38,715 nucleotides of DNA from an uncultured Ectothiorhodospiraceae bacterium (lineage in GTDB: Bacteria; Pseudomonadota; Gammaproteobacteria; UBA6429; Thiohalophilaceae): assembly GCA_947259425.1 (NCBI GenBank), contig CAMYMO010000217.1:1-38715 (forward strand), in the 5' to 3' direction. Shown here piece by piece: positions 1-8,001 of this stretch. Within the stretch, counting starts at the first letter, position 1; each line of letters starts with the position of its first letter. The position numbers and the translations under genes were made by a program. Below the pieces are notes generated by a model. That model worked only from the letters and a program-made list of their open reading frames with translations. It did no database searches and was not told the DNA's origin.

Positions 1-230
1 ATCGGGGTACGGGGATCGTTGAGTTCGCCATGTTTGGTTTTAAACAGCGGTAATACCGGGTACTCGTTATCTTCATCATGACATTTTAAACAGGTATCGG
101 CGCCTTTTTTAGAATAGGTTGGTGTCTTTTGTTTTTCTTTTGTTTCAGCAAAGAGAGATTGTGAAGCTAACAGCAATATAACAAGCAAGCTTGAAAGAAT
201 CGATCCGGAAAGGCGAAAGTCAATTTTCAT
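1..230 (-). CDS. MtrA/DmsE/MtoA-family multiheme c-type cytochrome, N-terminal ~76 codons only (runs off the left edge)
   Basis: Own reverse-strand translation from ATG at 230..228 gives MKIDFRLSGSILSSLLVILLLASQSLFAETKEKQKTPTYSKKGADTCLKCHDEDNEYPVLPLFKTKHGELNDPRTP... It has a signal peptide, then 'YSKKGADTCLKCH...LFKTKHG'. This resembles the remembered Shewanella MtrA/DmsE N-terminus ('YSPKGADSCLMCH...LFKGVHG'). The frame is open to base 1. It is absent from the ORF track because it is truncated. Confidence 0.6.
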   Translation of the reverse strand, partial: MKIDFRLSGSILSSLLVILLLASQSLFAETKEKQKTPTYSKKGADTCLKCHDEDNEYPVLPLFKTKHGELNDPRTP

Positions 231-254
231 ATTTCAGGTCTTTTTATTATTGTG

Positions 255-272
255 GCCCGGTTTCCACCGGGC
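255..272 (-). promoter_or_regulatory. GC-rich intercistronic hairpin between the monoheme cytochrome gene and the MtrA-like gene
   Basis: GCCCGGT (255-261) / TTCC loop / ACCGGGC (266-272), a perfect 7-bp stem. No U-tract follows in the minus-strand sense. It is more likely an mRNA stability or attenuation element than a full terminator. Confidence 0.3.
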
Positions 273-307
273 GCGTTATTATTACTACTGAACAACTAAC
301 CTGAAGC

Positions 308-667
308 TTATATCTTTGGGACGGATGCTAGATAAGCTTTTAGGTCGGCAACCCTTTGATCAGGAACATTGTCAAATGCTAGCATAAGATTAAAGGTTGA
401 TGTTGTATCATAATTACTCATATCTGTGGCAATCATGTCTTGTCGCTGGGCTAAATCTGCAGCGCCGAATGCGGACGTTGGGTCATCCAGTCCTACCTTG
501 TGGCATGACGCACAATTAGATTGATAATAGGTTGAACCATCAGCTACCAACCCCTGGGCTGGTGGTGCGACTGGAGGAGGCGGCGTTTCTTCCGAGCCAC
601 TCTCAAAGCAACTTGTGAGCGCAAGACTGAGCGTAACCATCAATGTGATTTTTGTTAGATTATTCAT
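308..667 (-). CDS. Small monoheme c-type cytochrome, predicted lipoprotein
   Basis: The ORF track gives 308..676. I prefer the ATG at 667 (MNNLTK...) because GGAAGGTG lies a few nt upstream. Lipobox L-A-L-T-S-C, a Pro-rich tether (ETPPPPVAPP), and a single CASCH heme motif. Confidence 0.8.
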   Translation of the reverse strand: MNNLTKITLMVTLSLALTSCFESGSEETPPPPVAPPAQGLVADGSTYYQSNCASCHKVGLDDPTSAFGAADLAQRQDMIATDMSNYDTTSTFNLMLAFDNVPDQRVADLKAYLASVPKI

Positions 668-726
668 AGTTATCACCTTCCTTTTAACCTTATATCAGAT
701 ATTGTGTTGTTAATATCTGAACTAGC

Positions 727-3537
727 TTAATCATCTCCATGACCATCACCGTGGTCACCACCATCATGTCCATCATTACCGTTTAAATAATTTTCCAGTG
801 CTTGTGCTTCACCATTCGTCAGTGGGATGGGCCGCATTTCAGAAACATCCAACATCGCATCCAGGATTTCGCTTAATGAAGCACCGGTGACGGCTTCTTC
901 ACTACCTCCCGTTCCTCCTGGGCCATGGCATGCCGCACATTTAATGGCATAAATTTCTTCGCCCGTGGTGGGTTGTGGTTGGCTACCTCCGCCTGAAGAC
1001 AGGAAGTCTGCAATTGCCTGGACATCGGTACCTGACAGGGTAATGCCTTGCATCTGACCAACAGATGAGAGTGCACTGTTAATTAGGCTTGAACTGACCC
1101 CCACGACGGCTCCTCCGCTACCACCGGTGCCATTGAAACCATGACAGCTCTGACAATAGGTTATATAGAGTTCCTCACCGGTAGTCGGTACTGGTGTCGT
1201 ACCACCCCCGGCCAATGCATCGGCAATGGCTTGCACTTCGGTGGTCGTTAAGGTGTTGAGCCCACCCATGCCCCCGATGTTGGCATCAATCGCCGCTTGG
1301 ATCTGCGAGGCGGTGCGGTTGAGTTTGGTACTATTGGCCAAAGCACCATGGCAGCCCGAGCAGTTATTGGTGTATAACGTTGCACCATCAACGGGAGTGG
1401 GTGGGGGAGGAGGCGTACCGCCACCGGTGGCTAAGGCATCGGCAATAGCTTGAACATTGGTTGGCGTCAGGCTACTTAGTCCGCCCATGCCACCTGTGTT
1501 CGTATCAATCGCACTCTGAATTTGTGCAGCTGTGCGATTAAGTTTGCTGCTGCTTGCTAAAGCACCGTGGCAACCTGAACAGTTGTTACCATACAACGTT
1601 GCACCATCCGTTGGCGCCGGAGCAGGTGTACCGCCTCCACCGCCTTCGCCAGAGAGATAGTCGGCGATGTCTTCGAGTTGACTGGAATTCAGAGAAATCG
1701 AGTTCATCATAGACTCTTCATCAATTGCGTCGGCGATCTCATTCGCGCTTGAACCATTTACCGCCTCATAAACTCCACCGGTTCCGCCAGGACCATGACA
1801 TGCGAGGCAATAGTTATTGTAAAGCTGCTGCCCTGTCGTGGGAGGTGGTGGAGGGGTAACTCCATTAAGGTAATCGGCAATGGCCTCAAGCTGAGCTGAG
1901 CTCAATGAGATAGTACTCATCAATGGCTCTTCAATAATGGCATCTGCAATGCTATTGGCACTGTCACCGGTCACAGCTTCGTATTGACCGCCGGTTCCGC
2001 CAGGACCATGACAAACCAGGCAATAAGAATTGTAGAGTCCTTCGCCCGTAGTGGGTTCTGGTGGTGGAGTCACGCTAACCAATGCATCAGAGATGGCCTG
2101 CACCTGGGTTGGGGTTAAGACGTTGAGTCCACCCATACCACCCGTGTTAGCATCAATCGCAGCCTGAATCTGAGTTGCGGAGCGATTCAATTTAGTGCTG
2201 GTTTCCAGCGGGCCGTGGCAGGCCGCGCAATTATTGGCATAAAGTGACTGACCATCCGTTGGTGGTGGGGGTGGAGGCGTCACGCTGACCAGCGCATCGG
2301 CGATGGCCTGCACTTGTGTTGGGCTTAAACCGCTTAGTCCACCCATACCACCTGTGTTGGCATCAATCGCACCCTGGATCTGTGCAGCTGTTCGGTTGAG
2401 TTTACTACTGCTATCCAGCGCACCGTGGCAGGCCATACAGTTGTCGTTATACAACGTAGGTCCATCCAGTTCTGGTGGTGGAGGTGGCGGTAGAACGGCG
2501 TCAATGACCACCGTGGTGCTGGCGACACCCGTGATATTGTTGGCATCCTGAACCGCAAGGGTCACCGTGTAAGCACCTGGTGTGGCATAGGTATGGCTGA
2601 TGGTCGCGATACTATCGTTCATAACGGGCGTGCCATCACCGAAATCCCAGATGTAATTGGTGATTGGGCTAACATGTGTGGATAGTGAGCCATCAAAATT
2701 AACGGGCTGACCTTCGGTACCGGTATACGGTCCACCTGGATCGGCATTGGGTCTCAGTATTCCACCCACCGTGATGTCCTGGAAGGTAGAATGGGTTAAA
2801 TTATCGCTGTCGGTAACGGTTAGCTGGACGGTATAGACACCTGCGGTGGTAAAGGTATTGATGGCTTGTGCACCAGTGGCTGTGTTGCCATCACCGAAGT
2901 CCCAGTCATATTGATTAATGACGCCATCCGGATCGAACGAGGCCGAACCGTCGAAACTGACAGTGGCATTGGCCTGAGCCGTTAATGGTGCAGTGATCAC
3001 GGCGGTCGGTGCCTGAGCGGCACCGGCTGATACGTCGACGGTATAAGCCACCGAGTCGACTTCATCGCCGGTTGTGCTGGAATCCCCATTGGTTGAGAGC
3101 CCTGCACTATATATAGTATATGTGCCTGCTGTGGTCGGTGCTTGCCAGTTAAAATCCCAGGAGACCGTACCATCGCCGGCTGCCGTTACACGTTGGTTAT
3201 GGGTCAATTCACCTGCTTGCAACTTTGTGTTGGCTAGGATGCTCATAAGTGTGCCGGCATCGGCACTAACGTCAAAACCGCCGGAATTTTGTTGTCCACC
3301 AGAGATAGTTAAGGTGTATGTGCTAATAGAGCCGGGCTGTACGGAAGTCGGGCCGGTCACATCAACAACGGGGGCGGTTCCACCTGAGTGACAGGCGACA
3401 CAGGAGTTCCCACCATTGGTGGCAGGATTAGTCGAGTAACCGTTTATTCCAGCGCTAAAACTAAAGACATTCTGACTGATAAACAGGTTAATAACAAAGA
3501 TGCCGATAGTCGCCAGTTTTATACTTTTCTTATTCAT
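727..3537 (-). CDS. Secreted 936-aa multidomain c-type cytochrome: N-terminal CxxCH + beta-rich domain, 2 PKD domains, 8 monoheme cytochrome-c domains joined by Pro/Gly linkers, His/Asp-rich tail
   Basis: Signal peptide MNKKSIKLATIGIFVINLFISQNVFSFSAG. There are nine CxxCH motifs (CVACH, CMACH, CAACH, CLVCH, CLACH, CSGCH, CSGCH, CQSCH, CAACH). Two PKD signatures are present (FDGSASFDPDG..YDWDFGDG and FDGSLS..YIWDFGDG). Linkers are PPPPPP, and the C-terminus is GNDGHDGGDHGDGHGDD. Confidence 0.9.
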   Translation of the reverse strand: MNKKSIKLATIGIFVINLFISQNVFSFSAGINGYSTNPATNGGNSCVACHSGGTAPVVDVTGPTSVQPGSISTYTLTISGGQQNSGGFDVSADAGTLMSILANTKLQAGELTHNQRVTAAGDGTVSWDFNWQAPTTAGTYTIYSAGLSTNGDSSTTGDEVDSVAYTVDVSAGAAQAPTAVITAPLTAQANATVSFDGSASFDPDGVINQYDWDFGDGNTATGAQAINTFTTAGVYTVQLTVTDSDNLTHSTFQDITVGGILRPNADPGGPYTGTEGQPVNFDGSLSTHVSPITNYIWDFGDGTPVMNDSIATISHTYATPGAYTVTLAVQDANNITGVASTTVVIDAVLPPPPPPELDGPTLYNDNCMACHGALDSSSKLNRTAAQIQGAIDANTGGMGGLSGLSPTQVQAIADALVSVTPPPPPPTDGQSLYANNCAACHGPLETSTKLNRSATQIQAAIDANTGGMGGLNVLTPTQVQAISDALVSVTPPPEPTTGEGLYNSYCLVCHGPGGTGGQYEAVTGDSANSIADAIIEEPLMSTISLSSAQLEAIADYLNGVTPPPPPTTGQQLYNNYCLACHGPGGTGGVYEAVNGSSANEIADAIDEESMMNSISLNSSQLEDIADYLSGEGGGGGTPAPAPTDGATLYGNNCSGCHGALASSSKLNRTAAQIQSAIDTNTGGMGGLSSLTPTNVQAIADALATGGGTPPPPPTPVDGATLYTNNCSGCHGALANSTKLNRTASQIQAAIDANIGGMGGLNTLTTTEVQAIADALAGGGTTPVPTTGEELYITYCQSCHGFNGTGGSGGAVVGVSSSLINSALSSVGQMQGITLSGTDVQAIADFLSSGGGSQPQPTTGEEIYAIKCAACHGPGGTGGSEEAVTGASLSEILDAMLDVSEMRPIPLTNGEAQALENYLNGNDGHDGGDHGDGHGDD

Positions 3538-4120
3538 GACACCCTCTCCTTTATTATTCCGTTGTACTGCTAGAGGATGGATCGCTGGTCATTATTAGTG
3601 CAATTTAGGATCCCAACTGGCGCTAATACTTAACGTATTTTACCATTCCTCTGTATAAATATTTAAGCTTATTAATACACTTTTTTAATTTTTAGTAACT
3701 GATTTAGATCATGTTTTTTGCGGATTTCGTCTATGCATAAATGGGTAGATAAAAGGCCATTTCTATAAAATGGAAAAAGCATAAATGTTAAATATATGAT
3801 TTTAATTAATATTACATGGCGGCTACGGTTAAATTTATGCTATAAACTTTATTTACACTATTATGCAATAGTTTAATAATCTTCACATAGATGTTTCAAG
3901 GTTTTTCACCGTGCTGAAGGGCGTTTATAAAGAACTCTAATATTCGTTGTATTGATTTCTTGAACAGTGGTAGGAGCGTCACTTAATAGAGCAAAGATAT
4001 CTATAATAGGATTGACGTGGTCATCAAAGAGGTTCGTATCAGCTCAATAAATTCCAACAAATTAGCGGCTGGAGTTAACACTCATGATATTAAAAGCGAA
4101 TTAAATTCGAGCGACTGCTT

Positions 4121-4582
4121 ATGGGGATGAGATTTCACATCGATATTGTTAGCGCAGAGTCGTCAATGTATTCTGGGCAGGCCGATCTATTGTTGGTTCC
4201 AACCATGATGGGGGAAATAGGCATTCTTGCCCGGCATGCGCCCTTGATTTCAGAATTAAAACCCGGTTTGGTTCGTATCATTCTGGATAACAAGGAAAAA
4301 TACGTTGTTTTTATCTCATCAGGTTTTATTGAAATCCAGCCACACATCGTCACGATACTAGCTGAAAAGGTAATACGCAGTGAAGAATTTGTTGCAGCCG
4401 CAGCCGATGCCGCTCGCTATATAGAAAAAGAACATGTCACGAAATCCGATCTGGCTTTTACAAAACGCAGCATCAATAGCGAGCTGGAATTACAGATTGC
4501 TTTGTATCGTACTTTAGAAGAAGTCAAAAATTCCAAGTCGGGTCAACGCAGCTGGCCACAGGATAATGAAATGCAAGAATAG
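4121..4582 (+). CDS. atpC: F1 ATP synthase epsilon-subunit homologue, stand-alone copy
   Basis: MGMRFHIDIVSAESSMYSGQADLLLVPTMMGEIGILARHAPLISELKPGLVRI... aligns residue-for-residue with the remembered E. coli AtpC N-terminus (MAMTYHLDVVSAEQQMFSG...[23 protein letters not shown]). No other atp genes occur in the window. Confidence 0.75.
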   Translation: MGMRFHIDIVSAESSMYSGQADLLLVPTMMGEIGILARHAPLISELKPGLVRIILDNKEKYVVFISSGFIEIQPHIVTILAEKVIRSEEFVAAAADAARYIEKEHVTKSDLAFTKRSINSELELQIALYRTLEEVKNSKSGQRSWPQDNEMQE

Positions 4583-4610
4583 GTTTCAGAAATGGATTTG
4601 TTTGAAAATA

Positions 4611-4640
4611 AAGCCCTGGTAACAATACCAGGGCTTATTC
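4611..4640. terminator. Hairpin terminator between convergent genes
   Basis: AGCCCTGGT (4612-4620) / AACAAT / ACCAGGGCT (4627-4635), a 9-bp perfect stem. It is flanked by an A-run upstream and TATT downstream. It sits between the convergent 4582 and 4660 stops. Confidence 0.6.
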
Positions 4641-4659
4641 CTGAGTTTAAATATTTTGA

Positions 4660-5040
4660 TTAAACACTTTGATCTTCATATTCCTGGATAGCGGCTTCTT
4701 GCGACCAGAGTGTTGTATTGTTTTGTTTAATTTCATCGACAACGATTGAATTGTAACGCTTACTAGATTGTCCAGTAATTGTTACCTGCTCCAATGCATG
4801 ACGAACCTTAACATCACGAGGCACATTGGTCAGGAATACATATTTACCATTGGGCATAACCAATACAAAGTCTCTTTCCAGGGCGATATGTGGATCCATA
4901 TTGTCAATTGGGCAGGATTTTTTCGAATGGGCACAGCTATGGCCAACAATTTTACCACTGATGGTATCGGCATTTACTGCAAATGATGTTGAGCCCAGTA
5001 ATGCGATTGCTGCAATCGTTGCTAGTTTTAATGATTTCAT
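4660..5040 (-). CDS. Secreted hypothetical protein (126 aa)
   Basis: Signal peptide MKSLKLATIAAIALLGSTSFAVNA. Contains a Cys/His pair 'HSCAHSKKSCP'. I recognise no family. Confidence 0.65.
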   Translation of the reverse strand: MKSLKLATIAAIALLGSTSFAVNADTISGKIVGHSCAHSKKSCPIDNMDPHIALERDFVLVMPNGKYVFLTNVPRDVKVRHALEQVTITGQSSKRYNSIVVDEIKQNNTTLWSQEAAIQEYEDQSV

Positions 5041-5200
5041 AATATATCCTCTTGTGTAATTTAAAATGAACGATGAGTATTGATCTCATCGGTGAAATAA
5101 TATTAACAACCTGAGGTATATTAGATATTCGTAGGTATACTTAAATTTATTCGGAAAATACGTAAATGTAAAAAAGGACTATTAAATAATAATGAGTGAT

Positions 5201-5815
5201 TTAATGATTATTTTCTTTAAGAACTGAGACACAACGCACCAGCGAGGATAAATTTTTAACCTCCATTTTTTCCATCATATTCGCCCTGTGAATTTCAATA
5301 GTGCGTGTGCTCACATTTAATTCTGATGCAATTGTCTTATTTAATTTTCCATCGACTACGCCTTCAAGTACTTCAAGCTCTCTAGGGGTAAGAGTGTCAT
5401 GTCGTGATTTTATTTTATGGACTACCATCAACGAGTTCCTTTTTGATATATCTTGTTCAAGGGCTACGCTGACATGATCTAAAAGTAATTGATCGCTAAA
5501 TGGTTTTTGAAGGAAATCGATCGCACCGGATTTTATTGCTTTTACGGCCATCGGGATTTCACCGTGTCCGGAAATCATAATTATGGGGGGATGATAATCA
5601 AGTAATTTAAGTTGTTCCTGAAGTTCGAGGCCACTCATTCCTGGCATCCTGACATCGAGAATCAGGCAACCTTTTTGTTCAGGGTCATATTGCGCCCAAT
5701 AATCTTGTGCAGATTCAAAAGTTTGCACCCGATGGCCTACTGATTCTAACAGTAGTTTTATTGCTAGTCTGACATCGGGTTCATCATCAATGATTGTTAC
5801 GGTTATATTGTCCAT
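5201..5815 (-). CDS. FixJ/LuxR-family response regulator (REC + LuxR-type HTH)
   Basis: Receiver motifs IIDDEP...LILDVRMPGMSG...ISGHG. The C-terminal LTPRELEVLEGVVDGKLNKTIASELNVSTRTIEIHRANMMEKM is a LuxR/GerE HTH. It lies 15 nt downstream of the kinase gene. Confidence 0.9.
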   Translation of the reverse strand: MDNITVTIIDDEPDVRLAIKLLLESVGHRVQTFESAQDYWAQYDPEQKGCLILDVRMPGMSGLELQEQLKLLDYHPPIIMISGHGEIPMAVKAIKSGAIDFLQKPFSDQLLLDHVSVALEQDISKRNSLMVVHKIKSRHDTLTPRELEVLEGVVDGKLNKTIASELNVSTRTIEIHRANMMEKMEVKNLSSLVRCVSVLKENNH

Positions 5816-5830
5816 AATAGAAAACCTCGT

Positions 5831-7789
5831 TTATAAGAAAGGCAAAGAAAACTTAAACGTTGTACCTTTATTAGGAGTAGAGTCTACGTCGAGCGTACCA
5901 CTGTGATTATCTATAATGGTGTGGCAGATTGCTAACCCAATCCCTAACCCTTCAGATTTCGTTGTGGTAAAAGTATCAAAAAGTTGTTCACGAATTTTTC
6001 CAGGAACGCCCGGACCAGTATCACGCACTTCGACAGTCAAATTCTTCTTTTTATCTTTATACGCGCTAACGATAATTTCACGAACAGGTGAATCATGTCC
6101 ACATATTGCCTCGATAGCATTTCGAATCAGGTTTACCAAAACTTGTTGTATTTGTATGGCGTCGCCTGCTACGTTAGGTAGTTTTTCATTTAAATCCAAT
6201 GCGATATTTATGTCTGCATGACGTAGATCCGTGCGTAACAAACTAATCACTTCTTTTATTAAAAGAGAAATATCAATTGGAGATTTGATAGGCTCTCCTT
6301 TTCTAACAAAACTACGTACGCGTTTTATTATTTTACCAGCTTGCTCGGCATTTATTGCTATACGATTCTGTATTGATTTGTATTCGTCCCAATTGGTCGT
6401 GTCTGAATCCAACATGCGTATACTGGCTTGAGAAAAGCTCATAATAGCGGTTAATGGTTGATTTAGTTCGTGTGCTATGCCTGAGGCCATCTCTCCCATG
6501 GAGCTTAAACGACCTACGTGGGCAAGTTGTTGAATCGTATTACGGGCCTGATCTTCAGCTCGTCGTCTTTTACTAATATTTCGGCCGACAACAATAATTT
6601 CCTGGCAACGATTATCATGGCACACAACTTTAAATGACCAGATAAACCAGCACCATCCCTGAGACGTTAAAATACGCAATTCACAGGTTTGTTCCTGTTT
6701 TTTAGTGAACGCTTTTGTCCAGGTATCTTTTGCGTGCTCAACATCTTCGTTGTGTATGAGTTCAAATAGGTTGGAATTTAACAGTTCGGATTCCGGTTTA
6801 CCCAGCCTTAAACTACACGAGGGACTGGCAAACAGCATCTTACCTTTGCTATCAAATTGCATGATAAGATCGGTCTGATTTTGAACCAGCAGTCGGTATT
6901 TCTCTTCGCGTTCTTTAAGTGCCAGTTCTGCTCGCATACGCTGAAGTTCAACCGATGCCCTGGCCGCAAGTATTTCAAACACAGTACAGTCAATTCCATC
7001 AGTTGTTAGATATCGGTTATCAAGTATGGCAATATGGCCGATAACATCTTTGCCATCTGCATCATAGATAGGGAACCCATAATAACTTTCAGCAAAGCCA
7101 TCTTCTTTAGGGTATAACGTACCGAGCCGATCTTCGACAAGCACATCTTTTCTGCCATTAATGACAATGTCACAAGGGGTGCCAACTAAATCATACTCAA
7201 AGTTTTCTTCAAAATCATTTGCGCACCAATACGCTAACATTCGAACACGTGATGGAGGTTGATCCAAACATTCTGTTATAAAGGCTTTGCGGACATTCAT
7301 GTACTTGGCAAGATTTTCCATGAGTGATTTAAGGAAATCATCACCACTGTTTCCTGCTGTTGTCTGGGCGATGAAATTTAATAACTTATCGGACTTGTTT
7401 AATCGGCTATCTGTTCGGGTCAGGCAAAAAAAAGTATCTCCGTCACTATGATTCTGATAACCAATACAAATCTCGATTGTCGTCTGATCGTTGGGAAATA
7501 AGGTTTGCCTGGTATGCAATATCCATTGACCTTTATCTTTTGCGGCTTGTATCGCACTGGCCCATCGTTTAGCAGGAAGATCAGGATGTATATCGAACAC
7601 AGAAAGTGTTGCAAGAGTCTGTATATTTAATCCCAGTAATTTGCGGCCATGTGAATTTACATATTTCAGCTGTCCAGACGAATCCGTAGCGTAAAAGAGC
7701 TCAGGAACGTATTCCATTGACTGGAAAAAAGAATTTTGGTTGGAGTTTTCCTCAGCCATACTAATACTAGTGTTTTCTTTGGTTGTCAT
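5831..7789 (-). CDS. Cytoplasmic sensor histidine kinase, PAS-GAF-PAS-HisKA-HATPase architecture
   Basis: H-box SGIAHELNQPLTAI, N-box LVNLIRNAIEA, and G-boxes DTGPGV / GLGIGLAI. No TM segments are visible. The N-terminal ~400 aa have PAS/GAF-like spacing. Confidence 0.9.
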   Translation of the reverse strand: MTTKENTSISMAEENSNQNSFFQSMEYVPELFYATDSSGQLKYVNSHGRKLLGLNIQTLATLSVFDIHPDLPAKRWASAIQAAKDKGQWILHTRQTLFPNDQTTIEICIGYQNHSDGDTFFCLTRTDSRLNKSDKLLNFIAQTTAGNSGDDFLKSLMENLAKYMNVRKAFITECLDQPPSRVRMLAYWCANDFEENFEYDLVGTPCDIVINGRKDVLVEDRLGTLYPKEDGFAESYYGFPIYDADGKDVIGHIAILDNRYLTTDGIDCTVFEILAARASVELQRMRAELALKEREEKYRLLVQNQTDLIMQFDSKGKMLFASPSCSLRLGKPESELLNSNLFELIHNEDVEHAKDTWTKAFTKKQEQTCELRILTSQGWCWFIWSFKVVCHDNRCQEIIVVGRNISKRRRAEDQARNTIQQLAHVGRLSSMGEMASGIAHELNQPLTAIMSFSQASIRMLDSDTTNWDEYKSIQNRIAINAEQAGKIIKRVRSFVRKGEPIKSPIDISLLIKEVISLLRTDLRHADINIALDLNEKLPNVAGDAIQIQQVLVNLIRNAIEAICGHDSPVREIIVSAYKDKKKNLTVEVRDTGPGVPGKIREQLFDTFTTTKSEGLGIGLAICHTIIDNHSGTLDVDSTPNKGTTFKFSLPFL

Positions 7790-8001
7790 CTGATCTACCT
7801 GGAATTCAATCTCCGTTTATTGCCAGAAGCAATATATCAGTCTCTCCAATAATTCGACATACGTATAAACCGAAAAAGAATAAGTAAACCCACGAATTAA
7901 ATATTTTAATTAATTTTCCTAGAATTTAACTCGAAATGAAGCGGAGTCAGATCGATGACGAATGAAAAAATTTATACGACAACTGAAATTAGGAGATATC
8001 A

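Noticed and set aside
778-2475. About 210-nt repeated DNA units, considered as possible mobile or repetitive extragenic elements.
   Set aside because: They are in-frame domain duplications encoding cytochrome-c modules. No terminal inverted repeats or transposase are present.
873-3573. Multiple 60-105-aa ORFs inside or antisense to the giant cytochrome gene (873..1076, 1226..1453, 2303..2551, 2334..2558, 3074..3391, 3388..3573).
   Set aside because: They are typical stop-poor shadow frames of a G+C-rich repetitive gene. They are low-complexity, lack an RBS, and are fully covered by the 936-aa CDS with clear domain content.
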